Assembly (NCBI GenBank): GCA_001029675.1
Contig: CP011210.1
Location: 256,193 to 320,192, forward strand
Reading direction: 5' to 3'
DNA from: Candidatus Beckwithbacteria bacterium GW2011_GWC1_49_16
Lineage (GTDB): Bacteria > Patescibacteriota > Microgenomatia > UBA1400 > CG1-02-47-37
Length of the DNA stretch: 64,000 nucleotides
This document shows, piece by piece, positions 36,366-46,155 of this stretch. The notes under the pieces were generated by a model. It saw only the letters and a program-made list of their open reading frames with translations. It did not search any database and had not been told where the DNA came from. Made by a program: the position numbers and the translations under genes. Numbering within the stretch: the first letter of the stretch is position 1; each line of letters starts with the position of its first letter.

Positions 36366-37240
36366 AGTTAACTTTTGCCGGACACTCGGTGGAAATAGTT
36401 TCGGCCCGGCCGGGAGAAAAGATCGACGTTGCCAAACTGTTGGCATACCCAGATGAGTTTCACGGTGACACCCGGGTGAATCATTTGGTTAAGTTCGGCG
36501 ATTCGTTTAGCAGTTTAATTGGTCAAAGCAGGGCGGTTTTGCCGAAAGAGGCAGTGGTGGTTTTAGAACATCATTTTGACGAGGCCAAGAAACTGATGGA
36601 TAAAATTAACGCCTTAGCGCAAAGGTTGGTGGCAGAGCCGGAAAAGTACGACGACATCGGTTTTTGCCGACAGTATTTTGAGCTGGCCCGCGCCGGCTAC
36701 AGCTTGCTTGCCAAGCACGAAGCCGAGTTTGGTTTTGATGCTAAGTCTATTCCGGTGAGTCTGGAGCGGGCAGGGCTGGTGACTACCAGGTTGGCCGGGG
36801 GACTCACTCAAGACGCGGTTATTGATAACGAGGTGGCGGTGGTGACCAAAAGGGTTCACCTTAAAGGCGAGCCGGAAACAAATTTGGCGGTGACGGTCAA
36901 ATGGCGGGATAAGCATAAGCTGATTTCAATCAACGGCCGGGAAGTTTTACTGGCTGATTTTGTCAATCCGGCCTCGGGAGCGAGCGGGGCGGCTTTTTTA
37001 CTGGCGGCCAAAGTGGTGAAAGTTTACCCAATTAAAGTACAGCATCGGTCGGTATCTTTAACCCGGCAGGGGGTGAATTTGATCAAACCAGCGCTGAAAG
37101 AGCTGGGAGTGAAAACCAGTTTTTACAGCGTGGGAGAGGCCAGTCAGCTTAACCGCCAGTATTACCTGGTTGGTAATCGAGCCGTGGCTGACGCCGGCCA
37201 GGTTTTGCGGCATTTTCTGCCTAAGTTTTACAAAGATTAA
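36362..37240 (+). CDS. hypothetical protein embedded in the pyr/pur cluster
   Basis: 292-aa ORF with translational coupling on both sides; no motif recognised. Confidence 0.4.
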   Translation: MKLTFAGHSVEIVSARPGEKIDVAKLLAYPDEFHGDTRVNHLVKFGDSFSSLIGQSRAVLPKEAVVVLEHHFDEAKKLMDKINALAQRLVAEPEKYDDIGFCRQYFELARAGYSLLAKHEAEFGFDAKSIPVSLERAGLVTTRLAGGLTQDAVIDNEVAVVTKRVHLKGEPETNLAVTVKWRDKHKLISINGREVLLADFVNPASGASGAAFLLAAKVVKVYPIKVQHRSVSLTRQGVNLIKPALKELGVKTSFYSVGEASQLNRQYYLVGNRAVADAGQVLRHFLPKFYKD

Positions 37241-37260
37241 GCCCCGTGATATAAGAAGTT

Positions 37261-38148
37261 ATGTTGGTGTTTAGCGGGTCGTCAAATAAGCTTTTGGCCC
37301 AAAGAGTCGCCGCCAAACTAAAGACGCGGCTGGGCAAAGTGGAATTGTCGCGGTTTGCCAACGACGAAGCCAGGGTGTGGGTGAAAGAGGCAAGGGTGGG
37401 TAAGAGAGCGATTTTAGTCCAGTCGATGAGCGCACCGACCGATGAGCATTTAATCGAGTTTTGTTTATTGGGAGATGCTTTGGTGAGGCGGGGGGTAAAA
37501 AAAATTATCGCCGTTATCCCCTGGCTGGGGTACACCAAACAGGATAAGGTGTTTCGTCCGGGCGAGCCTTTGTCGGTGGCAGTGATTGCTAAAATCATCG
37601 AGCTTTTACCGCTTCAAAAGGTGATTACTTTTGACCTTCACAAACCGCATACAAGGCGGTTTTTTAAGACTCCGATTGCCAATTTGTCGGCCCGGGAGCT
37701 GCTCGAGGAATATTTTAGAAAACGAGTCAGCAAAAACACCATTGTCGTAGCGCCTGACGTCGGTTCGGTTAAATCCAATACCAGCTTTGCCAAGAAGCTG
37801 AAGCTGCCTTTGGTAAAGATTGATAAAAAGCGGAGTCTGGCCAACGGTAAAGTCAGGGTGGGGGGAGTCAGCGACGAGGTTAAAGGGAAAAGGGTGCTAA
37901 TTAAAGACGACATGATTGCTACCGGCAGTACTTTGATTGAGGCGGTCAAATTCTTGAAAGCCAAAGGGGCAAGTCAGATCGAGGTGGCGGCGACTCATCA
38001 TCTGTATGTGCCGGGGGCGCAGGCAAAACTTGATCGAAGCCCGATTGCCCGCGTGGTGGTGACGGATACGGTCGAGCCTAGAGTAAAGTCAAAGAAATTG
38101 GTCGTTTTGTCCGTGGCGGAGGTGATCGCCCGCGAGATCAGAGTTTAA
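37261..38148 (+). CDS. prs: ribose-phosphate pyrophosphokinase
   Basis: VAPDVGSVK and LIKDDMIATGSTL PRPP-binding loop. Confidence 0.85.
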   Translation: MLVFSGSSNKLLAQRVAAKLKTRLGKVELSRFANDEARVWVKEARVGKRAILVQSMSAPTDEHLIEFCLLGDALVRRGVKKIIAVIPWLGYTKQDKVFRPGEPLSVAVIAKIIELLPLQKVITFDLHKPHTRRFFKTPIANLSARELLEEYFRKRVSKNTIVVAPDVGSVKSNTSFAKKLKLPLVKIDKKRSLANGKVRVGGVSDEVKGKRVLIKDDMIATGSTLIEAVKFLKAKGASQIEVAATHHLYVPGAQAKLDRSPIARVVVTDTVEPRVKSKKLVVLSVAEVIAREIRV

Positions 38149-38191
38149 TTTGGGGCTTGACAGAAATCTAAGTCAAAGCTAAATTCAACTT

Positions 38192-38218
38192 AGGGCTTGA
38201 TTCAGGCCCTATTTTTTT
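38192..38218 (+). terminator. probable intrinsic terminator after prs
   Basis: agggc-ttgattcag-gccct then atttttttg. Confidence 0.4.
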
Positions 38219-38254
38219 GGGAAACAAATTACTTTTAGGGCCGGAAAGGAAGAA

Positions 38255-38467
38255 ATGAGCGGAGAGAGGTGTTTTCCTGGAGCCGAAGCATTTCTTGTGA
38301 GGCAAGCTGATAAGGCTGGTGAGAGCGGCGGGAGCAACGAAAAAGCAGAACGCCCAGTGGTTCAAGTAGATACTCGTCCGCCGCAAGTAATTCATAAAGA
38401 ATGGCAAGAGGAACAGGCTAGACAGCCCAAGCCGAAGGTGCGCTCATGGACCGGTCGTGGTGGGTGA
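38255..38467 (+). CDS. small hypothetical protein (70 aa)
   Basis: Strong RBS ggaaaggaagaaATG; overlaps the next small ORF. Confidence 0.3.
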   Translation: MSGERCFPGAEAFLVRQADKAGESGGSNEKAERPVVQVDTRPPQVIHKEWQEEQARQPKPKVRSWTGRGG

Positions 38468-38742
38468 AGGAGGGAAAAATGTCAAATTGTGAAGTAGACT
38501 TGGGGCCAAAGGATCCTCCCAGAAGAGTGGGAAATAACTGGGTTAAGGCAAATGAAAATTGGGAGTTAGTAGTAACTGAAAGAGAAGATTATCGACCTAT
38601 GGGTGGGGAAGTCAAACGCAAAAGGGTGGTATGTGGCAATGGATCTGTGAGTATAGGTGAAGTGACTTTTAAGCCTAAGGGTTGGCCTGGTATCAGACAG
38701 GCTGCGGCTACTCGTAGAGGACAGTTGATCGAGACAATTTAG
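38446..38742 (+). CDS. small hypothetical protein (98 aa; alternative start MSNCEV at 38479 with RBS aaggaggg)
   Basis: ORF plus SD; no homology recognised. Confidence 0.3.
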   Translation: MDRSWWVKEGKMSNCEVDLGPKDPPRRVGNNWVKANENWELVVTEREDYRPMGGEVKRKRVVCGNGSVSIGEVTFKPKGWPGIRQAAATRRGQLIETI

Positions 38743-38764
38743 TATTGTTTGGTATACTCAAACT

Positions 38765-39385
38765 ATGAGGACAGAGTTGTTAGCAGATTTGAAGTTTTTG
38801 AGAAGTGAGTTTTTGCGGGACGCCAAAGTCATTGACGCGGATAAAGGTTATATTTCGGTGTCGGCCTTTAACTTGCGGATGAAGCCGAAGATTTTGGCGG
38901 TGGCGGCGCGAGTCATAGCGGCCGAATTCAGAAAAGATGAGATCAGCGCCATCCACGGCATCCCCCATTCGGGCAATTTTTTGGCCACGGCGACGGCGAT
39001 TGAACTCAATCGCGATGTCAGGCTGCACGCGTCAAGAAAAGACCAAAACATTCCTGCCTCCTGGAAAGACGTTTATCGGGAAGAGATTCGTTCTTTTACC
39101 ACCAGCTCGGCAGGAATTGATGTGTTTTCGGGGATCAACTTGTCTTTTGTCAAAAAAGGCGACAAGGTGTTACTTTTGGATGACGTTTGCGCCACGGGTG
39201 AGACTGGCTACCGGATTGTAGCAGGCTTAAAAAAGCGGGGGGTCAACGTCGTCGGCTTCGCCGTTTTGTGGGATAAAGTGTTTCAGGGCGGAGTGGACAC
39301 GGTGGCGAAGTTGGGGATAAAAGTTTTTTCCTGCGTGCGGGTGAAAAAGTTAGGCCGTGGCGACCAAGTGGAACTTTTAGAATGA
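38765..39385 (+). CDS. type I phosphoribosyltransferase (purine/pyrimidine PRTase)
   Basis: VLLLDDVCATGETG PRPP-binding motif. Confidence 0.65.
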   Translation: MRTELLADLKFLRSEFLRDAKVIDADKGYISVSAFNLRMKPKILAVAARVIAAEFRKDEISAIHGIPHSGNFLATATAIELNRDVRLHASRKDQNIPASWKDVYREEIRSFTTSSAGIDVFSGINLSFVKKGDKVLLLDDVCATGETGYRIVAGLKKRGVNVVGFAVLWDKVFQGGVDTVAKLGIKVFSCVRVKKLGRGDQVELLE

Positions 39386-40896
39386 TTGCCGTTATCGACT
39401 TTGGCTCCCAAACTGCCCATTTGATCGCTAGGAGGGTGAGGGATCTGGGTGTGGCGGCCAAGATATTTAGTTTTAAGACGAAGGCCATGGCCCTGAGCGA
39501 AGCGGAGGGGATAATTATCTCCGGCGGTCCGGGGACGATATACCTGCCCGGGGCGCCGAAGCTGGATAAAAAAATTTATTCATTGGCAGTGCCGGTTTTA
39601 GGGATTTGCTACGGCATGCAGCTGATGGGTGACCAACTTGGCGGTAAAGTAAAAAAGGGCAGCAGCCAGGAGTATGGCGGGGTGAGGGTAAACTTAAAAA
39701 AGTCGAAGCTTTTTGAGGGAGCGGGCGGGTGGCAAAGGGTATGGATGAGTCATAGCGACCAGGTGGTTAAACTTCCTTCAGGTTTTGTCAGGACGGGGGA
39801 AAGCCGCGGCACTAAAAATTTGGCCATGGTTGACGAAAAACGAGGACTTTACGGGGTGCAGTTTCATCCCGAGGTGGTCCATACCCAAAAGGGCAGGAAA
39901 ATTTTGAAAAACTTTTTGTTTGACATTTGTGGGGCGAAAAAGAATTGGGGTAAATCAGAGTGGCTTGAAAGTAAGCTCGCGGCGATTAGAAAAGAAGCGG
40001 GAGTCAAAAGAGCCATTTGCGGTTTGTCCGGCGGAATAGACTCGACCACGGCGGCGGCGATGGTTTTTCGGGCGATAGGCAAAAATTTAACCTGTGTTTT
40101 TGTCGACAACGGCTTGATGAGGCTGGGTGAAGCCGGGCAGGTCAAAAAAGATTTTAAGGAGTTTTTTGGAGATAATTTGGTAGTGGTTAGAGCCCAAAGG
40201 GAGTTTCTAGCCGCCTTAAAAGGGGTAACCGATCCGGAGAAAAAAAGAAAGATCATTGGCAGGCTTTATATCCGGCTGTTTGAGGCAGAGGCTAAAAAAG
40301 TTGGGGCAAGTTACTTGGTTCAGGGAACGATTTACCCTGATGTGATTGAAAGCGCCCGAATGCACGATGCCGCCGCTAGCATCAAAACCCACCACAACGT
40401 CGGCGGCTTGCCCAAGAAAATGCGTTTGCAGCTGATTGAACCCTTGCGAGATCTTTATAAGGATGAGGTCAAAGCGGTGGCAAAAAAACTTGGTTTGCCC
40501 CAAAGCGTTATCGAGCGACAACCGTTTCCGGGGCCGGGTTTGGCGGTGAGAATCAGGGGCGAGGTGACTTTAGCCAGGCTTGCCCGCTTGCGACAGGCAG
40601 AGGGGATTTTAAAAGAGGAGATGGAAAAAATTACCCGGCCGAAAGATCTATGGATGGCCTTTTGTGTTTATGTGCCGGTTGCCACCACCGGCGTCAAAGG
40701 CGACTCCAGGAGTTTTGAAGAGATGATTGCCATCCGTTCGGTTGACTCGACAGACGCGATGACGGCGAACTGGACCAGGTGGCCTCCTGGCTTTTTAGCC
40801 CGGGTGTCGGCTCGTATCGTCAACGAGGTACCGGGAATAAACCGGGTAGTATATGATATTACTACTAAGCCTCCGGCGACCATGGAGTGGGAGTAA
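39382..40896 (+). CDS. guaA: GMP synthase (glutamine-hydrolysing)
   Basis: GATase catalytic Cys region GICYGMQ; SGGIDST PP-loop; C-terminal dimerisation domain. Confidence 0.9.
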   Translation: MIAVIDFGSQTAHLIARRVRDLGVAAKIFSFKTKAMALSEAEGIIISGGPGTIYLPGAPKLDKKIYSLAVPVLGICYGMQLMGDQLGGKVKKGSSQEYGGVRVNLKKSKLFEGAGGWQRVWMSHSDQVVKLPSGFVRTGESRGTKNLAMVDEKRGLYGVQFHPEVVHTQKGRKILKNFLFDICGAKKNWGKSEWLESKLAAIRKEAGVKRAICGLSGGIDSTTAAAMVFRAIGKNLTCVFVDNGLMRLGEAGQVKKDFKEFFGDNLVVVRAQREFLAALKGVTDPEKKRKIIGRLYIRLFEAEAKKVGASYLVQGTIYPDVIESARMHDAAASIKTHHNVGGLPKKMRLQLIEPLRDLYKDEVKAVAKKLGLPQSVIERQPFPGPGLAVRIRGEVTLARLARLRQAEGILKEEMEKITRPKDLWMAFCVYVPVATTGVKGDSRSFEEMIAIRSVDSTDAMTANWTRWPPGFLARVSARIVNEVPGINRVVYDITTKPPATMEWE

Positions 40897-40899
40897 GTT

Positions 40900-41556
40900 A
40901 TGCGCAAAAGCGGCGTCATTACCGTAATCGGCAACATTGCTTCGGGTAAGTCGACGGCGGTGCCGATTCTGGCAGAGGCTTTGGGCGGCCAGGCAGTATT
41001 TGCCGACGAGCTGTTCCAAACCGTGGACCCGTTTCGGGATAGGTTTTTAGTTGACATCAAGCGTTGGGCTTTAGCCAACGAGTTGTGGCTGGCGGTGGAG
41101 AGGGTGAATTTATTGAAAACCCACCTTAAGGATGCTAAGCGTCGCTGGCAAGTGATCGACAGCGGGATATTGATGAGTTGGGCTTTTACCCACAGTCATT
41201 TTTTGGCCGGCAATTTGACCGAGGACGAGTGGCGTTTGTTTGAGGTGATTTACCGGCGGTTGACCGATGATTTTTTGGCCGGCACGGTGGTGGTGGCCTT
41301 AAGCTGTCCGGTGGCGACCTTGAGAAAAAGGGTGGTCAAAAGGGGTAGAGTTGAAGAGGAAAGGCGGTTTGAGATTAAATATTACCAAAAAAAGTATCTT
41401 AACAATATTAATAAGGGCTTGACGGCGTTGAAGCGGAAGTTAAGACAAGAAAAGAAAGTTAAATTAATCAGCGTCAACGAAGGTAAGATTATGGATTTTG
41501 CCGCCACCGAGCGGGGCAAGAAACAACTGGTGCGGCTGGTGAAAAAAGAACTTTGA
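40900..41556 (+). CDS. deoxynucleoside kinase (dAK/dCK/dGK family), third paralog
   Basis: ITVIGNIASGKST P-loop; ERV/DRY region; LRKRVVKRGRVEEE lid. Confidence 0.7.
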   Translation: MRKSGVITVIGNIASGKSTAVPILAEALGGQAVFADELFQTVDPFRDRFLVDIKRWALANELWLAVERVNLLKTHLKDAKRRWQVIDSGILMSWAFTHSHFLAGNLTEDEWRLFEVIYRRLTDDFLAGTVVVALSCPVATLRKRVVKRGRVEEERRFEIKYYQKKYLNNINKGLTALKRKLRQEKKVKLISVNEGKIMDFAATERGKKQLVRLVKKEL

Positions 41557-42890
41557 GGTTAGAATACTCTATGGTGATGGACAAAATATTTGAGATTATT
41601 AAAAAAGAAAAAAAGCGGCAGCGGGAAGAGCTGGCGATGATTCCCTCGGAGAACTTTGCCTCCGAGGCGGTGATGCGGGCGGTGGGATCGTCCTTGATGA
41701 ACAAGTACGCCGAGGGTTATCCCAGGAAACGCTATTACCAGGGCAACGTCAACATGGACCTGGTGGAGAGTTTAGCTCAAGAGCGGATTCTTAAAGTTTT
41801 TGGTTTGAATGAGGCAAGGTGGGGGGTTAACGTCCAGCCCTATTCGGGTTCGCCGGCTAACTTGGCGGTTTACAATGCGCTGCTTGCCCCGGGCGACAAG
41901 ATGATGGGCATGTACTTGCCAGACGGCGGGCACCTAACCCACGGTTGGCGGCTTGATAGTCGGCCGATCAGCATTACTTCAAAGTTTTACCGCTCCGAGT
42001 TTTACCATGTGGATCGTAAAACCCGCGTCTTTAACTACGCGGCCATTGCCAAACAGGCCAAAAAGTACCGGCCGAAAATTATTATTTCCGGCGGCACGGC
42101 TTACCCGAGAAACATCAACCATAAAAAGCTGGCCGGTATTGCCAAAAAAGTCGGGGCTTACTACCTGGCCGACATTGCCCACGAGGCGGGACTGGTTGCC
42201 GGCGGCGCCAACCCGTCGCCGTTTCCTTATGCCGATGTGGTCACTTTTACCACCCACAAGACATTTCGCGGTCCCCGGGGAGCGGTAATTGTGGCCAGAC
42301 GCGACTTGATTGACAAGATTAATTTTTCGGTTTTTCCCGGGCTTCAGGGAGGGCCGCATCTTCATACCATCGCCGGGATTGCGGTGGCGGCCGGTGAGCT
42401 TACCACGGCAAGTTTCCGCCGCTACGCGAGGCAAGTGGTCAAAAACGCCCAAACACTGGCGGCGGAACTGAAAAAAGGAGGACTGGATATTGTCTCCGGA
42501 GGAACGGATAAACACTTGGTGCTGGTTGATTTAAGAAACCTTAAGCTTTCCGGGTGGACGGTAGCCTGGGCTTTGGATAAAGCGGGAATTATTGCCAATA
42601 GAAACACCGTGCCCTACGACACCGCCTCGCCCTATTATCCTTCGGGACTAAGACTGGGGACGCCGGCGTTGACCAGCCGGGGAATGAAGGTGCCGGAGAT
42701 GAAAAAAATCGCCGTTTGGATTTTGGCAGTAATAGACCACGTCAAAAAAGAAAAGATGCCTGAAGGTAAAAAAGCGGTTAACCGCTTTGCCAAAAAGTTT
42801 AGACAAGCAGTAGACCGCGACCCCTGGCTTAAGAAACTGAACCGAGAAGTGACGGCTTTTGCCAAGAAATACCCTTTGCCGGGAATATAA
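41553..42890 (+). CDS. glyA: serine hydroxymethyltransferase
   Basis: TTHKTFRGPRGA PLP-lysine motif. Confidence 0.9.
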   Translation: MRLEYSMVMDKIFEIIKKEKKRQREELAMIPSENFASEAVMRAVGSSLMNKYAEGYPRKRYYQGNVNMDLVESLAQERILKVFGLNEARWGVNVQPYSGSPANLAVYNALLAPGDKMMGMYLPDGGHLTHGWRLDSRPISITSKFYRSEFYHVDRKTRVFNYAAIAKQAKKYRPKIIISGGTAYPRNINHKKLAGIAKKVGAYYLADIAHEAGLVAGGANPSPFPYADVVTFTTHKTFRGPRGAVIVARRDLIDKINFSVFPGLQGGPHLHTIAGIAVAAGELTTASFRRYARQVVKNAQTLAAELKKGGLDIVSGGTDKHLVLVDLRNLKLSGWTVAWALDKAGIIANRNTVPYDTASPYYPSGLRLGTPALTSRGMKVPEMKKIAVWILAVIDHVKKEKMPEGKKAVNRFAKKFRQAVDRDPWLKKLNREVTAFAKKYPLPGI

Positions 42891-43696
42891 TGGCGCGAGT
42901 GTTTGACGGCGAGGCTTTGGCTAAGAAAAAAGAAGGCGAGCTTAAAACAAAGATAGAGCGGCTCAAAAAGCAGGGCAAAGGCGCGAAGCTGGCGGTGATA
43001 GTTTTTTCAGACGATGCGGCGGGCAAGCTTTATAGCGACTTGAAGCAGGCGGCAGCCGAAAGGGTGGGGATAGAGTTTGAGGAATTTAACTTTAGTGACA
43101 TTGACCTAGAGCCGGTGATTAAACTGATAGGCAGGTTAAACCGCGACCCGAAAGTGACCGGGATAATGATTCAGCGGCCGGGGGTATCTTGGGGGAAAAG
43201 CCGGGGAATGGATAGAGTTGGGTTTGAGGCCTGGTGGGTACAATTGGTTAAAACAATTGTACCAGGGAAGGATGTTGATGGTTTAAGGCAGGGGAGTCGC
43301 TTTGTGCCGGCTACGGTCAAAGCAGTCGAGGCGATCCTTAACTCGCTGCCGTCCCGGGACGGAAAAGTGGTCGTGGTGGGGAGTTTGGGCTTGGTGGGGC
43401 GGGCCTTGGTGAAAAAACTTGGAGCGACCGGAGTTGACATTGAAACAAAAGATCTGGGAGCGATTACTCTAGAAGCTGACGTTCTGATTTCGGCTGCGGG
43501 GCAGCCCAATTTGATCACGGTCGAAATGGTCAAAGACGGGGCAGTGGTAATTGACGTGGGTTGGCCCAAAGGCGATGTGGATTTTGAGGCGGTAAAACGC
43601 CAAGCGGCAGTAATTACGCCGGTGCCGGGAGGGGTGGGGCCGGTGACTGTGGTTAGCTTACTTGAAAATTTAGTCGAGGCGGGGTATAGTAACTGA
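42890..43696 (+). CDS. folD: bifunctional methylenetetrahydrofolate dehydrogenase / cyclohydrolase
   Basis: VVVGSLGLVGRAL Rossmann region; PVPGGVGPVTV. Confidence 0.8.
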   Translation: MARVFDGEALAKKKEGELKTKIERLKKQGKGAKLAVIVFSDDAAGKLYSDLKQAAAERVGIEFEEFNFSDIDLEPVIKLIGRLNRDPKVTGIMIQRPGVSWGKSRGMDRVGFEAWWVQLVKTIVPGKDVDGLRQGSRFVPATVKAVEAILNSLPSRDGKVVVVGSLGLVGRALVKKLGATGVDIETKDLGAITLEADVLISAAGQPNLITVEMVKDGAVVIDVGWPKGDVDFEAVKRQAAVITPVPGGVGPVTVVSLLENLVEAGYSN

Positions 43697-43700
43697 TCTA

Positions 43701-44438
43701 ATGACCAAAAAAACGACCAAAAAAACAGACTACAAAATCGACCTGAAGGAGTTACTCGATGCCGGGTGCCATTTTGGCCACCAGGCCAGGCGGTGGAACC
43801 CGAAGATGAAGCAGTACATTTATGTCAAGCGCGACGGGGTGCACATTTTTGATCTTGAAAAAACGGCTGCCCACCTCTCGGCGGCGATGGAAAAGGTGCG
43901 GGATTTGGTAGCCGAGGGCAAAGAGGTGGTGTTTGTCGGCACCAAAAGACAAGCCTCTTCGATCGTGGAAGAGGAAGCCAAAAAAGTGGGGGCGCCTTAT
44001 GTGGCCATCCGCTGGCTGGGAGGAACGGTGACTAATTGGGAGCAGATTAAAAAGGGAATCGACAAGTTGAATGAGTATGAAGAAAAAAAAGCCAAAGGCG
44101 AGTTTAAAAAATATACCAAAAAAGAAAATTTATTGATCGCCAGGGAGATGGAAAAGCTAGACCGGTTTTTAGGGGGGTTGAAGACTTTAACCCAGATTCC
44201 GGAGGCGATTTTTGTGGTGGATATCAAAAAAGAGGTGGCAGCGGTAAAGGAAGCCAAGATCCGCGGCCTGGAGTTGATCGCCATGGTCGACTCAAACGCT
44301 GACCCCGACGTGGTGACCGATGTGATTCCGGCCAACGACGACGCGGTCCGGTCGATCAAATTAGTGGTAGCCAAAATGGCCCAAGCTTACAGTGACGGCA
44401 AGGGCTTAAAAGGCAAAAAGCCCAAGGCAAAATCATGA
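43701..44438 (+). CDS. rpsB: 30S ribosomal protein S2
   Basis: LLDAGCHFGHQARRWNPKM. Confidence 0.9.
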   Translation: MTKKTTKKTDYKIDLKELLDAGCHFGHQARRWNPKMKQYIYVKRDGVHIFDLEKTAAHLSAAMEKVRDLVAEGKEVVFVGTKRQASSIVEEEAKKVGAPYVAIRWLGGTVTNWEQIKKGIDKLNEYEEKKAKGEFKKYTKKENLLIAREMEKLDRFLGGLKTLTQIPEAIFVVDIKKEVAAVKEAKIRGLELIAMVDSNADPDVVTDVIPANDDAVRSIKLVVAKMAQAYSDGKGLKGKKPKAKS

Positions 44439-44890
44439 GTAAAATTTCTTTAAAAGACATCAAAAAACTAAGAGACGAGACCGGGGCGGGGTTGATGGAG
44501 GTGAGAGTAGCCCTTGAGGAGGCGGGAGGCAAGGCTAAAAAGGCTAAAGAGATTTTGAAAAAGCTGGGGGTCAAAAAAGCAGCCAAACGCGGCGACAAAG
44601 CCACCGATGAGGGTTTTATTTTCACCTACGTCCACCAGGGCAGGATCGGAGCCATGGTCAAGCTGCTTTGTGAGACTGACTTTGTGGCCAGATCGAGTCA
44701 GTTTCAAAAATTGGGAGCTGAACTGGCGCTGCAAATTGCCAGCATGGAGCCAAAAAACGTTGAGGCGCTTTTAAAGCAGGAGTATATCAGGGACAACAAA
44801 ACCAAGATTGCCGATTTAGTGGCCGCGGCCGCGGCCAAACTCAAAGAGAACATTAAGGTGGACGATATCGCGAGATTAGCTTTAAAGTAA
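44435..44890 (+). CDS. tsf: elongation factor Ts (short, 151 aa)
   Basis: KKLRDETGAGLMEVRVAL UBA-like N-terminus. Confidence 0.8.
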   Translation: MSKISLKDIKKLRDETGAGLMEVRVALEEAGGKAKKAKEILKKLGVKKAAKRGDKATDEGFIFTYVHQGRIGAMVKLLCETDFVARSSQFQKLGAELALQIASMEPKNVEALLKQEYIRDNKTKIADLVAAAAAKLKENIKVDDIARLALK

Positions 44891-44931
44891 TACTTGACAA
44901 TATAGTAATACTTATTTATAGTAGTATTACT
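44889..44931 (+). promoter_or_regulatory. promoter (TTGACA, 17 nt, TATAGT) embedded in the inverted repeat agtaatact...agtattact (TA operator)
   Basis: agtaatacttgacaatatagtaatacttatttatagtagtattact. Confidence 0.4.
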
Positions 44932-45174
44932 ATGACGATTCTTTCTACCGTAACCACCAAGGGCCAGGTGACTATTCCCCAAGAGTTTAGACAAATGCTG
45001 AACATTAAACCAGGCCAAAAAGTACAATTTTCCAAAGGCGGGTCAGGAGCAATTAAGCTTAAACCTGTACCTGATTTTGCGGATATGATGGGTTACTTTA
45101 AAACTAAAATTAAATACAATAAAAAGGCTGCTAGAGCAGCTTACGTTAAGGATTTAATTGCTGGTAAAATCTAA
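44932..45174 (+). CDS. AbrB/MazE/SpoVT-family antitoxin
   Basis: TTKGQVTIPQEFRQMLNIKPGQKV swapped-hairpin motif. Confidence 0.6.
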   Translation: MTILSTVTTKGQVTIPQEFRQMLNIKPGQKVQFSKGGSGAIKLKPVPDFADMMGYFKTKIKYNKKAARAAYVKDLIAGKI

Positions 45175-45557
45175 TGGTTATTGATACGGATATTATTATT
45201 CGATTTATAACCCAAGACGATAACCAAAAGGCGAAAAAATTTCAAGTTTGGCTGAAAAAAAACAAAAAAATTCTCCTGTCTGATGTTACGGTTGCCGAAA
45301 CCTATTGGGTGCTTAAGTCTTTTTACGGTTTTTCTCAAAAAAGAATAATTATCAGTCTTGAATCACTGGTGAGCTATAACAATATCGTATGTAATAAAGT
45401 TTTGCTGTTATCAACGATGGCGCAATTAAAAAGATATAAGATTAGTTTTGTTGATGCTTACGCGTCAGCATATAGTTTGCTGGAAAATGATGGGAAAATA
45501 CTTTCTTTTGACAAGGATTTTGACAAAATTAAAGGCATTAAAAGAATTGAACCTTAG
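45174..45557 (+). CDS. PIN-domain toxin (VapC-like)
   Basis: MVIDTDIIIRF...SFDKDFDKI acidic residues; ATG overlaps the upstream stop. Confidence 0.7.
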   Translation: MVIDTDIIIRFITQDDNQKAKKFQVWLKKNKKILLSDVTVAETYWVLKSFYGFSQKRIIISLESLVSYNNIVCNKVLLLSTMAQLKRYKISFVDAYASAYSLLENDGKILSFDKDFDKIKGIKRIEP

Positions 45558-45580
45558 TGTGTTAGACTATAAGAAATAAT

Positions 45581-46141
45581 ATGGACGAGTCGATATTTGC
45601 CTCGGGTAAAGCCAAGATGGACCAGGTAGTCGAGCTGGTGAGTCAAGAATTGGATCAAGTCAGAACCGGCAGAGCCAAGCCGGCCTTGGTGGAACGGGTT
45701 AAAGTCGAAGCCTATGAGGGGACGACGATGGAGGTACGGGAAGTGGCGGCGATTGCCGCCCCCGACCCGCATTCGTTGATTATCAAGCCGTGGGATACCA
45801 ACGTTTTAAAGTCTTTGGAAAAAGCGCTTCTGAAAGCTGATTTAGGGGCAAGTCCGGTAGTCGAAGGAGAGCAGGTGAGGTTGACGATTCAGCCCTTAAG
45901 CCAGGAGCGCCGGGAAGAGTTGGTCAAACAGGTTGGTCAAAGAGTCGAGAGTGGTAAGGCGATGTTGAGACAGATAAGAAACGAGGTAAAGCATGAAATC
46001 GACGAACACGAAGACGACCCAGGGGTGTCGGAGGACGACGTTCACGCCATGTATGACCGGCTGCAAAGTTTAATTGACGATTACAACGGCAAGCTTGATT
46101 CTCTCGAGGAAGCCAAGGCCAAAGAATTGATGGAGCTGTAA
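45581..46141 (+). CDS. frr: ribosome recycling factor
   Basis: Typical RRF length and sequence (EAYEGTTMEVREVAAIAAPDPHSLIIKPWD). Confidence 0.9.
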   Translation: MDESIFASGKAKMDQVVELVSQELDQVRTGRAKPALVERVKVEAYEGTTMEVREVAAIAAPDPHSLIIKPWDTNVLKSLEKALLKADLGASPVVEGEQVRLTIQPLSQERREELVKQVGQRVESGKAMLRQIRNEVKHEIDEHEDDPGVSEDDVHAMYDRLQSLIDDYNGKLDSLEEAKAKELMEL

Positions 46142-46155
46142 AGTAAATTAACCTA

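Noticed and set aside
41979-42515. 178-aa minus-strand ORF
   Set aside because: Shadow ORF antisense to glyA.
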